IMG/VR virus record: IMGVR_UViG_3300005805_006188
Span: 1 to 47,711 of that record
Direction: 5' to 3' (one strand)
DNA length: 47,711 bases
DNA from: a virus
Taxonomy: Duplodnaviria; Caudoviricetes
A program made the translations under genes and the position numbers. Below the pieces are notes generated by a model that worked only from the letters and a program-made list of their open reading frames with translations, did not search any database and was not told where the DNA came from. Positions 21,801-29,527 of this stretch are shown piece by piece (position 1 is the first letter of the stretch; every line of letters starts with the position of its first letter).

Positions 21801-23467
21801 GGTCTTTTAGCTCGTAAAGTTTGATTAAAATTAGGTGTAGTTTTTAAATATTCTGCTGTTTTTTGAATAACGTCCGAATGAAACCATCTATTGGTTCTAG
21901 TCCATGCATTGAGATCAATGCTTCCTCGATTCACAGTTAAGTAATCTGGGGTTTGTAAATTATTGTCTAATTCATCTGCTGTTAGATTACTTGCTAAAAT
22001 TAATCTAATAGATTTACCAACACCTTCAACATAGAAAGTTTTATTTTGATACGATTCTGTGGCCGTTGAATCAAAAACAATTTTTAATCCGTTTGTAAAT
22101 ATAATTCCTTGAGGTGAAGTGTAATTAATTTTTCCAACAATCTCGAGATCAGGATCAAGTATCTCGGCCGCAGGATCAACTATCCTTATTGCCCCAACCG
22201 CGTCGCCCACAGCTCCGTTTTGATAAAATAAACTTGTGAGAGGAGCAGATATGTATGGTATCTCTTCTAATAGACCATTGAGGCTGTAAAACTCTTTCCC
22301 TGAAAAAGTATCACCAGCTCTTACTTTAATTTTTTGATTGTCGTTTACTGCAATCACTGGAGTTATGACTATTCTATCTATATTATTAAAATCTTTTACA
22401 ATGTTAATTTGATAGATATCATTCTTCTTACCAAACTCAATTATTTCAACATGTTCGTACGGACTGTTATCGCTATCAAAAACAGTCATATCGTAGTATT
22501 CAAAATAAACTATTCCGTCTGCAACTACTGCCGGAGAGTCGTTCCAATATTCGTCATCTAATTTTCCGTTATTAACGAAAACTATATATTTGCCACTTAA
22601 CGAAGATACCGGTCCATCAATTCCACCTAAACTGGCAATTAATTCTTCCGGATTGGCTCCTTGTACTTCTTTGTAAGTTAATAAGGTAGCGTAGTCTACT
22701 GTGCCCGCTAACTCCATTCCAGTCCATTTGTTTTGTGCTACCTCAGTAGGAACTGTAAATCTTACGACGCCAAAATCTGTACCATTATTAGTAACGCCCA
22801 GTACATTTCGTGTATCGATGTTTACATTTTGTGGATCAAATCCTGTTGTTCCTGGTTTCCCTTGAATATAGAAAGGAAAACCTGGATCATTTATAACAAA
22901 ATCATAGGTACCACCTCTTGCTAATGTTAAAGAAGGATTAGGTATATTTTCTTGCCCTGTAAACTTATAAGTTTTTGTTACGGAATCATATATTACATCA
23001 AAAGTATAATTCAATGGCACGCCTAGAGCCGAAATTGTTAGTACGTCTGGCCCGTTTGATAGCCAATAATATTGGCTAAAATTAATTAATTTGTCTAAAT
23101 CTACTTTAGGATCGTATGTGTAATATTCACTTTCAAACAATCTATCATGTTTGTCTGTCAAGCCACCGTGGTATTTTATTTGATTAATTAAATCTGTGTA
23201 TGTTGTAGAAAAATCAATTTTATTAGTAACCGGATCTTTAATAATTAAAGACGGCTCCAGTTGATAATTTTGCCTATCTCTAGTGGGCTCTAGTATATAA
23301 CTATCAGTATTTTTGTAGCTTGGTGCAAGTTTTCTACCAATATACCCGTTTACTTTTTTGAGCTGAGGTTCGCTAATCAATTGATCAACAGTTGCGTGTA
23401 AAAACTTTTGATTAGTATCTGTTCTGAATATTTCTGGTAAAAACTGTAAAGATTTAATTACGGCCAT
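9836..23467 (-). CDS. Giant (4543 aa) baseplate wedge/adhesin-like virion protein with FG-GAP-like propeller repeats and a CBM5/12-like module
   Basis: Uninterrupted 13.6-kb ORF directly after gp6 (the T4 gp7 position); about seven FG..S[LI]A...GAP...G.VY repeats; W..GT.Y.KG..V.H.GK.Y.A...W module; INEIKPYRTKLRE wedge-like motif. Confidence 0.75.
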   Translation of the reverse strand: MAVIKSLQFLPEIFRTDTNQKFLHATVDQLISEPQLKKVNGYIGRKLAPSYKNTDSYILEPTRDRQNYQLEPSLIIKDPVTNKIDFSTTYTDLINQIKYHGGLTDKHDRLFESEYYTYDPKVDLDKLINFSQYYWLSNGPDVLTISALGVPLNYTFDVIYDSVTKTYKFTGQENIPNPSLTLARGGTYDFVINDPGFPFYIQGKPGTTGFDPQNVNIDTRNVLGVTNNGTDFGVVRFTVPTEVAQNKWTGMELAGTVDYATLLTYKEVQGANPEELIASLGGIDGPVSSLSGKYIVFVNNGKLDDEYWNDSPAVVADGIVYFEYYDMTVFDSDNSPYEHVEIIEFGKKNDIYQINIVKDFNNIDRIVITPVIAVNDNQKIKVRAGDTFSGKEFYSLNGLLEEIPYISAPLTSLFYQNGAVGDAVGAIRIVDPAAEILDPDLEIVGKINYTSPQGIIFTNGLKIVFDSTATESYQNKTFYVEGVGKSIRLILASNLTADELDNNLQTPDYLTVNRGSIDLNAWTRTNRWFHSDVIQKTAEYLKTTPNFNQTLRAKRPIIEFEADLQLYNFGTLAKNPVNILDTIVTNAYTQIQGIVCPSTSSHTFTINGKSVTLTNGDRVVFSNDENNNVRNKIYNFSIIQQTVAPNPVVYRAYIEETEDTTVEAGHVLIVRSGDNGKKQWYYNGTNWISAQQKTSINQHPLFDIVDNNGVSLAGTSTYPGSSFNGTKIFSYKIGNGTADEILGFPLSYKNFIAQGDIEFVNNYDTETFEYVTQGGTSGSIKTNSGLLQKNLDRSTSIRQNIWTIADNFTKQFQIYNFVYDGSTSLFPIDNLPDLSDNSPNIKVYINNRIITNDNFALTKVVDKYAILVNQDLLTTNDVIFVLLYNSVEALPNAYYEIPINLDINGQNINLSTLTLGQMRNHLITIKTKSIDIIGDVPGNSNLRDISFVNKGGSILQHSSPVLYSSLFLTHSAMNFVDSLRLASKEYTNFKIKFLELAANLDLDRNDVAGCVDVILNRINDLKNNSFPWYYSDMIPYSAMDNTKLPTYTVLSPTIRSYEITNIFQDTVLQNKAVFVYLTRVVDGQSSTILLVKNKDFYFDQTRPAIVFYNTFTLLYGDLIDIVEYNNTDGSYIPETPTKLGLYPKYIPEIYTDNTYRDPIQVIQGHDGSITPCFNDYRDNVLLELERRIYNNLKVEYTPNNFNLYDYLPGKFRNTSYTNAEFNQICGSMFLSWVGTNKIDYTTNDTFKASDPFTWNFKRFRDIINGESLPGTWRSVFKYFYDTDRPHTHPWEMLGFTSKPDYWNDRYGPAPYTGGNAILWSDLSQGYIHAGDRAGFDIRYRRPNLQNYIPVDESGNLISPEKILVVDFDSAMANTSFAFGDHGPAETAWRRSSDYPYAVNLGLALAKPAKYFSLLSNTTNFYRDPITAQFLVKDSGQHLTPTSILVNGYHSSGSIERSAGYLNWIVDYVKNLGVDDSAAYVKDNLSKISIQLTYKIAGFTDKKFITLLAEQSSPTSVNDSIVIPDENYRIELYKGTPLNKIQYSAVLVEKSAAGYTVSGYNTTNPYFFIIPSLPNNNSYVITQGNSRGVIYKDFKQTKLTIPYGFEFNKRQQVVDFLVSYQRYLISQGFIFDDFNDILGEKQDWILSVKEFLHWAEQGWRTGSVLVLTPVKNTLRYFDDTSIIDEIKNNPYGSKVLDVNNRVIKKNNFTIYRENNLFTFVSNNDQSIGFAELNVVQHEHIVILDNQTVFNDVIYSPELGNRQFRLKMLGSKTDSWNGSLELPGFIYSSPTVEPWIVGTDYLKGSIVEHKGKYYTALQNINAADKFQVNNWKLISSTELKSGMINNFATNSSQSLLFYDIENQPYNENLQLFSNGLIGYRDRKFFTDLGIDATTQSKFYQGLIKQKGTTNSIVALRGAKFNNINTDINVYENWAVRIGEYGSIDDNQYIEIALDESQITDNPAAVQFVDDTMVPEAEIVTYKFNDLYKISGDWNPNVFKTKNLAVSDEIKPLPVAGYVYQNDVNSTLFDLNNYSELNQEINSIGTGWKLWTAKNLNDEWDVLRVSHIEGILFAIRYSVDNLVEFVHNEPHTLQVNDIIVLKNFDSRYNGLYKVKTVVDLTRVIVEMYQNLSTLIELQAIIGNGILYKLSSMRVNYATDIINVAPTRGWIANDKVWVDNLDYDQNWGVYNKADPWEYYTKFTLNESQYQGSDQFGFTMSLDSNGQIFYSGAPYSGPGKVAVYQKNTTTDEWILVSSVFGKNSNLSKFGTSLANGDNFLAVGAPNSYSGQGLVYVYKNQVLQQILVDNSGGANDNFGQSLAMSNDGKFIYIGAPGKEDVTGPNSNLVHCYALYSEREEKTAIYTGNSVNDTFTLPVIIANPTEITIYNSLTVTELIPYKDYTIAQITSGVTDFTFTSTPPSTLGLNFNVVTTGGSGSGAQFDVAVTLVGPGIGTGFAVGKTYKIATPGTTDFVALGAVDNLAGTVFVATGSGITPGVPLTTGTAYTIDLSISNAGDSYTIGDNLTILGTDIGGTSPTNDITVTVTDAGAGSNIIFNSIPASGEKYAAFARTYYYKLIETLPVSTEAGSTSLFGSSIACNSDGSVIVVGAPGESVDSIDKSGAVYVYHRTINEFFTDGLSGTYTCPNNFNTVRSVKLNDSELIENTDYYIVANSVQFAAFATPPKSQKLIVETNQFVFDQRIVGLSGENHYFGNQIEICSTGCNIIVSAVGYTVGGYQSGAVSRIVNIGRIYGEYTATKSDPTVTPGHSIVINNVFVQFNLNTLNSVINDINAANIPGVTAEKVNNKLKISSRVITAGQKLDIKQGVGTAFEDLGIEIYKTTQNIIHPYTSGEKFGTAIGLNAESSVLAIASEGGDIKSKVKFDDGSTTFDSTSTNISDFIKDSGAVYIYDLVDNPFQSVDSPALFVLSQELFGPDLVTGYEFGKSIKLNNNSMFIGVPKDEEFNYTQAGSVYFFVNPNEIAGWDLIRYKKPRVDLNAINSVFTYDSESALLIDYFDFIDPAKGKILGVVDQEIDYREKYDPASYNYTNNSNVIHNTSFYWTNRQIGKTWWDLSLASFVDYEQETIAYRTKNWGALFPGSQIKIYEWVESPYLPSQYVAAGGNGIPKYQDNSAYSITSTVDPDTGVIIQKYYYWVGNKTTVDSLISKRTLSVKSLESYIQNPKDQGIPYVALLAPNSFAIFNSNENLRSNKIILHLDLGKTFGQNLIHSEFELIQEGNGLQQFPKKIVDKMRDSLVGFDSIGALVPDVLLNLQDRYGTSFKPRQSIFVNRINALRTFVQTVNNVLNQYPILLLTTPTTLYNEEPLPTTGFDAQVDSASQLSYLDANVLEDGYKVLIPQDPDYDNKWTIYQYKSSSTSFQISSIQSFKTPLFWSSLDWYKSGFDTGRKLDFIVPTYGDIQSLSYAEGDLIKVLDSGNGQWLIYEARSDLTLDLMGAQNATLIINEEVYNVELGAGFDSTLFEVTGFDPQIGKEFVSIFESLYQEILIKDLSVRFNDVFFAMISYIFSEQKATDWIFKTSFIDVYHNLRKLEQIPNYIKDDQTFYENYINEIKPYRTKLREYLPIYDALDIATGDWTDFDLPSTYNATTDTFSTPTDISVLSTVDPYKQWFNNYTYKVTGYRIGNAGTGFVTAPNVEITGGGGSGAAAITTVNLSTGKITGVIVTDPGQGYTSTPTVTINGVGTGAIVYPVLSNEYSSNNSSYNLVRSTNTSIKFDRILYNSHVLPWVYNEANIQIPPTVLAGNSTTGNLWVTSGNIISYNNEAFLLNQQWGTSMPFDYTKVTKLDSGNVLLKATDRIKVFYEPSIGMSNNSFAELMQGIDYPGVKVSAAKFTANSFEISSNIVSFNYIGLTITSANIEILDFQKLGFELDETIRIQGYYPFDFKNNGYFKIISVDNNHMRLSGEVVETTYRMLLDYPVTVNTGDIITQANTLGNAYVLANVVNSRYVDIIHTTTGFRQTVSAPEGSETYSIVSSGTPEFIYINNILTYANIQELSTGGLSNVKISYLELDTTVLDSNIYSTYLDTALGTRPEDINISGGAYVDTYSSHAPEELVPGRMYDTLEMRVFTNNSSNTASYGFRIFDPMIGSPEFTRISANATANLAANLSFTDTNILVDDVGKLPIPNPAAGVPGVVFINGERIHYYQRYTSTNISSAALWTPNTNISTDTLINVDLGILYSNIQSNVSGVNFDVRAYTTDYSVNLNFTNVAISVGNVFKITGNSLGGTTPTNDLEIEVATDGSFLFYNSTGIPSIPTSTVYRVIGNIFANSNSYINTSNLTLVYENSLSQIRRGVHGTSIPTLHFANSRVSDSSIIQAIPQSAVYSNIASNIISGNANVTSNVTYRLTVYGNVSAVIGDYITQANNVSGNARVLANVSAQTGYDLGNQDLGFEATLYDANNFDMLINSPLTYTIEGFASPERLYTVIPIELVSGNINVPNANVISINGVTTTAYPADIDLLGQINANGNVAVSTLTVEVTRRYANGNIITSTESQTLLQSNLWIPYGTGVGLENSTINGAVFLRQEPSYTP

Positions 23468-23479
23468 GATTTATCCTGT

Positions 23480-26400
23480 TTACTGATTAATTTGTCCTGC
23501 TGTAATGGCACTTATAATTTGTACATTGTTAACAGTAGCAGCACTTACAATAATTTCATTTGGTTCCGAATTAATCTGAAAAAGTGTACCAAAGGATGAG
23601 GTACTGCTTGAAGGCACTATAATTATACTGCTAACATATGGCACTAATGCATTATGTAAATAAGCACTTAGTTCACTAAAATAAAAGCTTTCTCCGAAGT
23701 CCCAGTTGTTAATGTCAAAATAATCATTGATAGCAGAGATTACCTTACTCTTAACATCATTGTCAGTTATATTAATCAAAGGATTCTTTACCACTTTAAA
23801 AGTTGCCCGTAGTGCGGGATCTGCTTTATCTCCAAATAAAGGTTTAAATTTTGCTGTGTTATAAATTATACTATCGCTAATTGATTTATAATTTTCAATG
23901 CTGCTAAATTCAATTTTCAACTCTTCGTTGGTTGGTGGAGCTGGTTCTGTTAATCTATTACTTGTGTCTTGAAGGTAAGCAAAATAATCATCGCTATAAG
24001 TTTTTGTTAACAAATAAATGTCAATTATATTATTTGGACTAGGATCTATTCTTCTATTATTGGGAGCATTATGAGTATATTGAAATAAAAGAGATTCTCT
24101 TCCTATCTGTGCTTGATAATTACTTGTTTCACTTAACGTGGTTCCGTTTGAAATATAAAATTTATCTTCATTGGTAGCGTAAAAAACAGTATCCTTTGGA
24201 TAAAGATTTATATTACTTAAGATAGAATCACTGCTTTGATAGCTGGTAATTATATTAGACTGGTCAATTGGATCGTAACGAGAAAATTCGTATTGATCAG
24301 TAACTCTTGTAAAGAAAACAAATTTATTTTCAGGATTTACACTTGGTTTGACAAGATCAATGAAAAGATCAGGATTGTCAGGCACGGAGTCAATATTGTC
24401 GTCGGGGAAAGTGATAGAAATTTTTCTATTATCTTCATACCCATCTACACCTATTATTTTATTCCAAATTCTAAAAGTTTTACTATAAAATAAAGCATCT
24501 GATGAATCTGGCTGTGTATTTGTTCTTAAAATTTTAATTGCGTCTTGTCTAGTAGAAGCAGTTCTACTGTCATAAACTTTTACGTCAGGATCAAAATAAA
24601 ATCGTGTTTCTCTAACACTCTGAAAAATATAACTAATACCTCTAGATACTACTGTATACGATTGATTAGCAAAAGATAATTTTATAAACCAACTAGAGTC
24701 TAATCCGGTATTTGACGTATTGCCCGCATAAGTTAAATCAAAATCATTGGTTGATAAGTTTGGTTCATCAATGATAACCCATAATTTTGTAGTAAGATCG
24801 TATCTCAACCCAAATGTTTTATAACTTAGAATGTTATTTTTAATGTCTTGCGTGATAGAATTTGACCAATCAGTCGCATAAACAGGAATAACCACATCTA
24901 CTATTGCTCCGCTTGGAACGTAAATACTAAGAGTAGCTGTGCTTGCACCCGGTGTAGTATAACTTACAATGCTAGCCCATATTGTTGTTTTTTGATATTC
25001 TGTTTCAATACTGCCAGTTTGCAATCGATTTTGTGCATCAAAATATTTTCCGTTGGGTGCGGTAAATCTTATTAATGCTCCCTGGGTCAAATTGCTGTAG
25101 TTTGGACTATTAAAAGTTCCAATGGAATTACTGCCACTAGTGTTTGTAATATTCCATGTTGCTACACGTTTTACTGTGCCATTTCCTGTGCCAGCAGCAG
25201 TTGCCACAAAAACCGCCCCTACAGTATTAACTAATGACCCAATAGAAGTATAATCAGTTGTTCCTACGGTAATAATTTTATACGCTTGTCCTGGTAAAAT
25301 CAGGCTAACAGATTCAATTGATCCTTCAATATTAAATCTCGTGGCTGTGTCGTAATATAGATGTTTACTTGTTAACGAAGAGATCAAAGGTTTAATTAAA
25401 TTTTGAATTATAAAATTTACTTCTGTACTACTAGTAAATTGAAAAGTTAAAGAATCTGTATAATCCTCTTTATAAATTAAACCGTCTTGACAAAAAATAT
25501 TAGTGCTAGAGTATTTTCCAGTAGCATCAACCACGTCAAGATATCTGCTTATTCCTGAACTTGATCGATTAACTGCTTTAGCCTTTATAATATTATTAAA
25601 AGTAGTGTAAGGAAGTATGTTATAATCTTCCCCAGTAATCATTCTGTTTTGTGTATAATATTGTTGAGGCGCTTTTGTTCTAATACTTTCTATAGTCTCA
25701 CGGGCACTAGCATTTGTTACTGTGTATTGTAAACTACAACGTATTGTTAGTGTTTCTGCTCTTCCTGTTCTTCCTCTATATGGAATAGTAACAGGAACAT
25801 TAGCTATTTCATCTGGTGTAATTTTATATGAAAGATTATTTGATTGTCTGTAGTATAATCTAAATCTTCCCACTGGGATATTAGTGAAACTACCATCTCC
25901 GAACACCAAATCAATTTGGTCATTTGCTCTTGTGCTCACGCTGTATAAATTACGGTCAGCTGTATTGTTGTAAATTACATTAATACCGTTGACAGCAGGT
26001 ACTTGGGTCCAAAGTTCTAATGGAGCACCGCTGGGATTCAACGAGTATAACCAAACATCAGAATTATTGATATTGTCAAAATTGATACTTACAATTCTAT
26101 TTGGTAATGTTTCATCAATACTAAAATCTAAAGTTTTAAGTTCGCCTTGTTTGAAATATAAGAAATAGCCGGTATTATTTGATTCGTTTCCTTGATTATC
26201 GTTTCTATATAGTATATTAAATTGTCCGTTAGGCGCTGGACTTGTTTCGTATATGTAAGTTTGTCCTGCACTCGTAGCACTAATAATTTCAAAAGGAAAA
26301 GTTGTACCTGCTATACTTGCATTAAAATTATAAGCTGGTATTAGGTTGTTCAGAATATCCAGTGCATATTCGTCGGTTCTAATACCGTTTAATTTTTGAC

Positions 26401-26926
26401 TGGCTCCTGGTTTTCCGACTGCTTGGGTACTTACTAATGCTGCATTTACAATTGCAGTAAACTGTTCTAGCCAGTTAGAATTTGTATTATCATTCCACGA
26501 TATGATTAAATTATTAAGATTGGTTCCTATACTATCAAACACTGTTTCGGTGGTGCTAACACTGTCAATTTTAAGAAACCCTGACGAAGGAATGTTTCTT
26601 TTTGGATTATAACTTAAAAGTCTAGCTAGCTTTAAAATACTATCTCTGCGTTCAGCAGTATCAATAAAATTTTCACGTGCGTTTAAGTCCGACCTAAATG
26701 CAAGACTTTGTCCTAAAAAAGCTATAATATCAATGAGTGCGATATACTCAGAACTTTCAGTAAAATCATTGAAATCTTCTGGGTAATAGGTACGCAAATA
26801 TTCAATCATTGATTTACGTAAGGTTTCGTAATCAAAGCTTTGAAAATCGGCTTCGCGGAAAGTTTGATAAATTTTGGTCCAATCCTGTTGGACCAATAAA
26901 CTGGTTTGTCTAGTAGTGATTGCCAT
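23480..26926 (-). CDS. gp6: Baseplate wedge subunit, T4 gp6-like
   Basis: DFQSFDYETLRKSMIEYL, ENFIDTAERRDSILKLARLLSYNPKR, FGDG, ETIESIRTKAP..YYTQNRMITGEDY, WDFGESFYFSEL. Confidence 0.88.
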   Translation of the reverse strand: MAITTRQTSLLVQQDWTKIYQTFREADFQSFDYETLRKSMIEYLRTYYPEDFNDFTESSEYIALIDIIAFLGQSLAFRSDLNARENFIDTAERRDSILKLARLLSYNPKRNIPSSGFLKIDSVSTTETVFDSIGTNLNNLIISWNDNTNSNWLEQFTAIVNAALVSTQAVGKPGASQKLNGIRTDEYALDILNNLIPAYNFNASIAGTTFPFEIISATSAGQTYIYETSPAPNGQFNILYRNDNQGNESNNTGYFLYFKQGELKTLDFSIDETLPNRIVSINFDNINNSDVWLYSLNPSGAPLELWTQVPAVNGINVIYNNTADRNLYSVSTRANDQIDLVFGDGSFTNIPVGRFRLYYRQSNNLSYKITPDEIANVPVTIPYRGRTGRAETLTIRCSLQYTVTNASARETIESIRTKAPQQYYTQNRMITGEDYNILPYTTFNNIIKAKAVNRSSSGISRYLDVVDATGKYSSTNIFCQDGLIYKEDYTDSLTFQFTSSTEVNFIIQNLIKPLISSLTSKHLYYDTATRFNIEGSIESVSLILPGQAYKIITVGTTDYTSIGSLVNTVGAVFVATAAGTGNGTVKRVATWNITNTSGSNSIGTFNSPNYSNLTQGALIRFTAPNGKYFDAQNRLQTGSIETEYQKTTIWASIVSYTTPGASTATLSIYVPSGAIVDVVIPVYATDWSNSITQDIKNNILSYKTFGLRYDLTTKLWVIIDEPNLSTNDFDLTYAGNTSNTGLDSSWFIKLSFANQSYTVVSRGISYIFQSVRETRFYFDPDVKVYDSRTASTRQDAIKILRTNTQPDSSDALFYSKTFRIWNKIIGVDGYEDNRKISITFPDDNIDSVPDNPDLFIDLVKPSVNPENKFVFFTRVTDQYEFSRYDPIDQSNIITSYQSSDSILSNINLYPKDTVFYATNEDKFYISNGTTLSETSNYQAQIGRESLLFQYTHNAPNNRRIDPSPNNIIDIYLLTKTYSDDYFAYLQDTSNRLTEPAPPTNEELKIEFSSIENYKSISDSIIYNTAKFKPLFGDKADPALRATFKVVKNPLINITDNDVKSKVISAINDYFDINNWDFGESFYFSELSAYLHNALVPYVSSIIIVPSSSTSSFGTLFQINSEPNEIIVSAATVNNVQIISAITAGQINQ

Positions 26927-26946
26927 AACTAATACCTAATATTTAA

Positions 26947-26954
26947 TATTTATC
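26947..26954 (-). promoter_or_regulatory. T4-like late promoter (GATAAATA)
   Basis: TAAATA core about 20 nt upstream of the gp6 start. Confidence 0.6.
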
Positions 26955-26974
26955 GTTTTTAAAAACTGGTATTA

Positions 26975-27349
26975 TTATGAGCGAGTTAAAGTTTTAGTTT
27001 GACTGTCAAAAGTTAAAAGTAAGCGATCCGAGTAGTTATTGGGCAAATAAGTTAAATCAACTTGTATTTGCAATCCATTCTCTAGCTCGTTAACAAGTAC
27101 ACCATCAATTTGCAAACGAGGATCATAGTCAACTATACGTTTTATATCTGCGGTGATTAAAGCTTGTATTTCCGGAGTTAAGGGCTCATAAAGTAAATTC
27201 CAAATTATTGAACCAAAGTTTGGTTGCATTAATTTTTCGCCTTTGTGTATAGAAAAATGATTCAATAAATCCCGCTTCACAAGTTCTAAGTCAGTGAGTT
27301 TGAATTTTTTAACTTGATTGATTGTATTAAATCCGCGATATTTATTCAT
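26975..27349 (-). CDS. gp25: Baseplate wedge subunit, gp25-like
   Basis: D.ELVKRDLLNHF...KGEKLMQPNFGS.IW.LLYEP...YDPRL, the gp25/GPW signature. Confidence 0.9.
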   Translation of the reverse strand: MNKYRGFNTINQVKKFKLTDLELVKRDLLNHFSIHKGEKLMQPNFGSIIWNLLYEPLTPEIQALITADIKRIVDYDPRLQIDGVLVNELENGLQIQVDLTYLPNNYSDRLLLTFDSQTKTLTRS

Positions 27350-27357
27350 AGTAAATC

Positions 27358-27365
27358 TATTTATT
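27358..27365 (-). promoter_or_regulatory. T4-like late promoter (AATAAATA)
   Basis: TAAATA core between the upstream stop and the gp25 start. Confidence 0.5.
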
Positions 27366-28043
27366 TTAAGTTAATGGAACGTCTGCTGCTAAATTTTGTA
27401 TAGCATACTTGCCTGCATTAAAATATAACGCACCGGGTCTGCCCTGACTGTCGGTTTGTGTTCCTTCGTCTCGCCAAATTTTAGCTTTTACAGCTCCATA
27501 ATTACTGTTTACCTCATTTTTTATTAGATCTAACAGGCTACTAGATATTTTATCTGCTTTAATTACATCTGGATTTTCGGCATCTTGAAATTGATAGGCA
27601 AGTGTCAGCATTCCTGCAACTATTTCTTTAGTGTCATTGGCACGAATAGCTCCTGCCTTGATAAGTTTAGGGTAACTTTCTTCAATAAATTGTCCCATAA
27701 TTTTATCTTGAAGTTTTATATTAGATAAAAATAAAGCTTCTTCGTCTATACCATCGAGGCCTGTCCAACCGGAATTATCATAATATCCATACTTTTTTAA
27801 AAGATATTCGGTGACTTGATATCTACCATATTTTAAATTATCGACTAACGATGCATCATTGTCACTTTCCATATAGGCCAACTGGATCATTAGACACTTG
27901 ATTTCAAAATTAGAAAGCGTGGGTATATTACTTTGTACTTGTGTTAACAAGATACCAAAAGGTGCGTCTACATCTTCAAGTAGAGTTCTTGGCGCACTTT
28001 TATGTAACGGAACTTCTATTGCTTTTGTTAAACCAATATTCAT
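27366..28043 (-). CDS. Putative lysozyme/transglycosylase-like baseplate protein
   Basis: Helix ending LAYMES (candidate catalytic Glu), GRYQ motif, FL....LQDKIM; ATGA overlap with the gp5-like gene. Confidence 0.5.
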   Translation of the reverse strand: MNIGLTKAIEVPLHKSAPRTLLEDVDAPFGILLTQVQSNIPTLSNFEIKCLMIQLAYMESDNDASLVDNLKYGRYQVTEYLLKKYGYYDNSGWTGLDGIDEEALFLSNIKLQDKIMGQFIEESYPKLIKAGAIRANDTKEIVAGMLTLAYQFQDAENPDVIKADKISSSLLDLIKNEVNSNYGAVKAKIWRDEGTQTDSQGRPGALYFNAGKYAIQNLAADVPLT

Positions 28044-29518
28044 GGCGTCACCGGCGGAGTTTGTTGAATCGATGCTACTACTTTACCATTTCTTAACTTT
28101 AATTCTCCGGTGGCCCTTGTCCAAGGTTCGTGAGTCGGAGTAAATGGACTTATACTTTCAAATTTATTGCTTGACATTTTCCATTTTTTGTTTTTGCTGT
28201 CGTATTCGGTGACTTTTTGCTGATAAAATTCAAAAGGTAAATTTTTTCCAGGTTCAGCTGGTTCATTTGTGTTAAGATAAATTTTTCTTCCTTTTAGAGT
28301 AAGGTCTCCACTTGTTTTCCAGCCCCCGGTAGTTGATTTTAAAGAAAGTGCTGTATCACTTATAACCCCAAAATTGCCAGCGTTTAATTGATAATCTTTT
28401 AACGCAGTTGTTTGATATATTTGAGTTTGTATTTTAATATTTTTTTCTGCATAAAATTTGATAGTGTCACCGGAGTGAACATTTATATTAGCGTCAGCAT
28501 GAAAGTTTATATCACGTCTGGTTCTGATATTAAGATCCTCGTGTCCATATACATTAATACTTCCGTTTTTTGTTAACTCCACCCATGCATTACCTGTTTT
28601 GTTTATTATATAAAAAACATCTTCTGTATCATGCATTAATATTGTGTGCCCACCAGCAGTTCTCAATCGAACTAAATTATCTTTGCCTTTGATATCACCG
28701 TCATCCATAACAAAGGTATGACCACCTTTCCTGGCAGGAAAACTTTGTATAGTAAAGATTGGTAATTGGCCTGCTTGTAATAACTCATCTAAGTTAGGAA
28801 AATCAACTGCTGTATCTGGGTACGTTCGCCCAGGAGTACTTATACCAAACACTTGACTAGGTGTATCTCTCTGAGCACTACTGGTTATTGTACCACGTAC
28901 AGGATCCTTTTCCAATCCTTGATCTAACACAATATTTGCTTGAAAAATATGAGCTGTTTTTGATGCAGTGACAAAATTTGGATCGTTGTCTCGTTGTTTG
29001 GTGTTAGTGTTTAATTCTGTAACTGGCAAATAATCAGTAGCAACATCGACTCTGCCTTTTAGAGCCGGATCCTCGGTTAAAGTTTTATCATTGTTAACTG
29101 CACGAGATATAGCAGGCACCATGTGTGCAACTGGAGTATTAGGAATACAGGCAAACCAGTATCCTCTTGATGGATCCCCCATGATAAAAGTTACTAATAC
29201 AAAATTGCCAATGTCCGGAGGCACTGCCCAAAAGCCGTAGGTCTGTTGTTCGTACCCGTAACGTGTTTCATCCTCGGCACCAGGCAGTCCCTGGGTAGAT
29301 CCAAAGTACGGAGTAGCATAAGAGATAGTGTACCAGTTGCTTGGTTGAGATTCTTCGCCACCTAGATCCGGGATCCACACTTGTAAACGGCCTAATCTTG
29401 CAGGATCAGAATTATTTTTAACTATTCCTAGATGTGGGCCTGAATCTACTCGAATACCCGGAGTATTTTCTCTATTTGCCCAATTTGGTAATTTATTTCC
29501 TGCTCTTGTGTCTGGCAT
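28040..29518 (-). CDS. gp5: Baseplate central spike, gp5/VgrG-like (OB fold plus beta-helix)
   Basis: GIVKNNSDPARLGRLQVWIP, YGFWAVPPDIGNFVLVTF (OB fold); RLRTAGGHTILMHD...GNAWVELTKNGSINVY (beta-helix); PTHEPW. Confidence 0.82.
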   Translation of the reverse strand: MPDTRAGNKLPNWANRENTPGIRVDSGPHLGIVKNNSDPARLGRLQVWIPDLGGEESQPSNWYTISYATPYFGSTQGLPGAEDETRYGYEQQTYGFWAVPPDIGNFVLVTFIMGDPSRGYWFACIPNTPVAHMVPAISRAVNNDKTLTEDPALKGRVDVATDYLPVTELNTNTKQRDNDPNFVTASKTAHIFQANIVLDQGLEKDPVRGTITSSAQRDTPSQVFGISTPGRTYPDTAVDFPNLDELLQAGQLPIFTIQSFPARKGGHTFVMDDGDIKGKDNLVRLRTAGGHTILMHDTEDVFYIINKTGNAWVELTKNGSINVYGHEDLNIRTRRDINFHADANINVHSGDTIKFYAEKNIKIQTQIYQTTALKDYQLNAGNFGVISDTALSLKSTTGGWKTSGDLTLKGRKIYLNTNEPAEPGKNLPFEFYQQKVTEYDSKNKKWKMSSNKFESISPFTPTHEPWTRATGELKLRNGKVVASIQQTPPVTP

Positions 29519-29527
29519 AAAAATTAT

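Noticed and set aside
704-24493. Short plus-strand and alternate-frame ORFs nested in the minus-strand operon
   Set aside because: All overlap longer motif-bearing genes and are of the size expected by chance
26955-26966. 12-bp palindrome GTTTTTAAAAAC upstream of the gp6 late promoter
   Set aside because: Low-complexity A/T run seen once; too weak to call an operator or terminator
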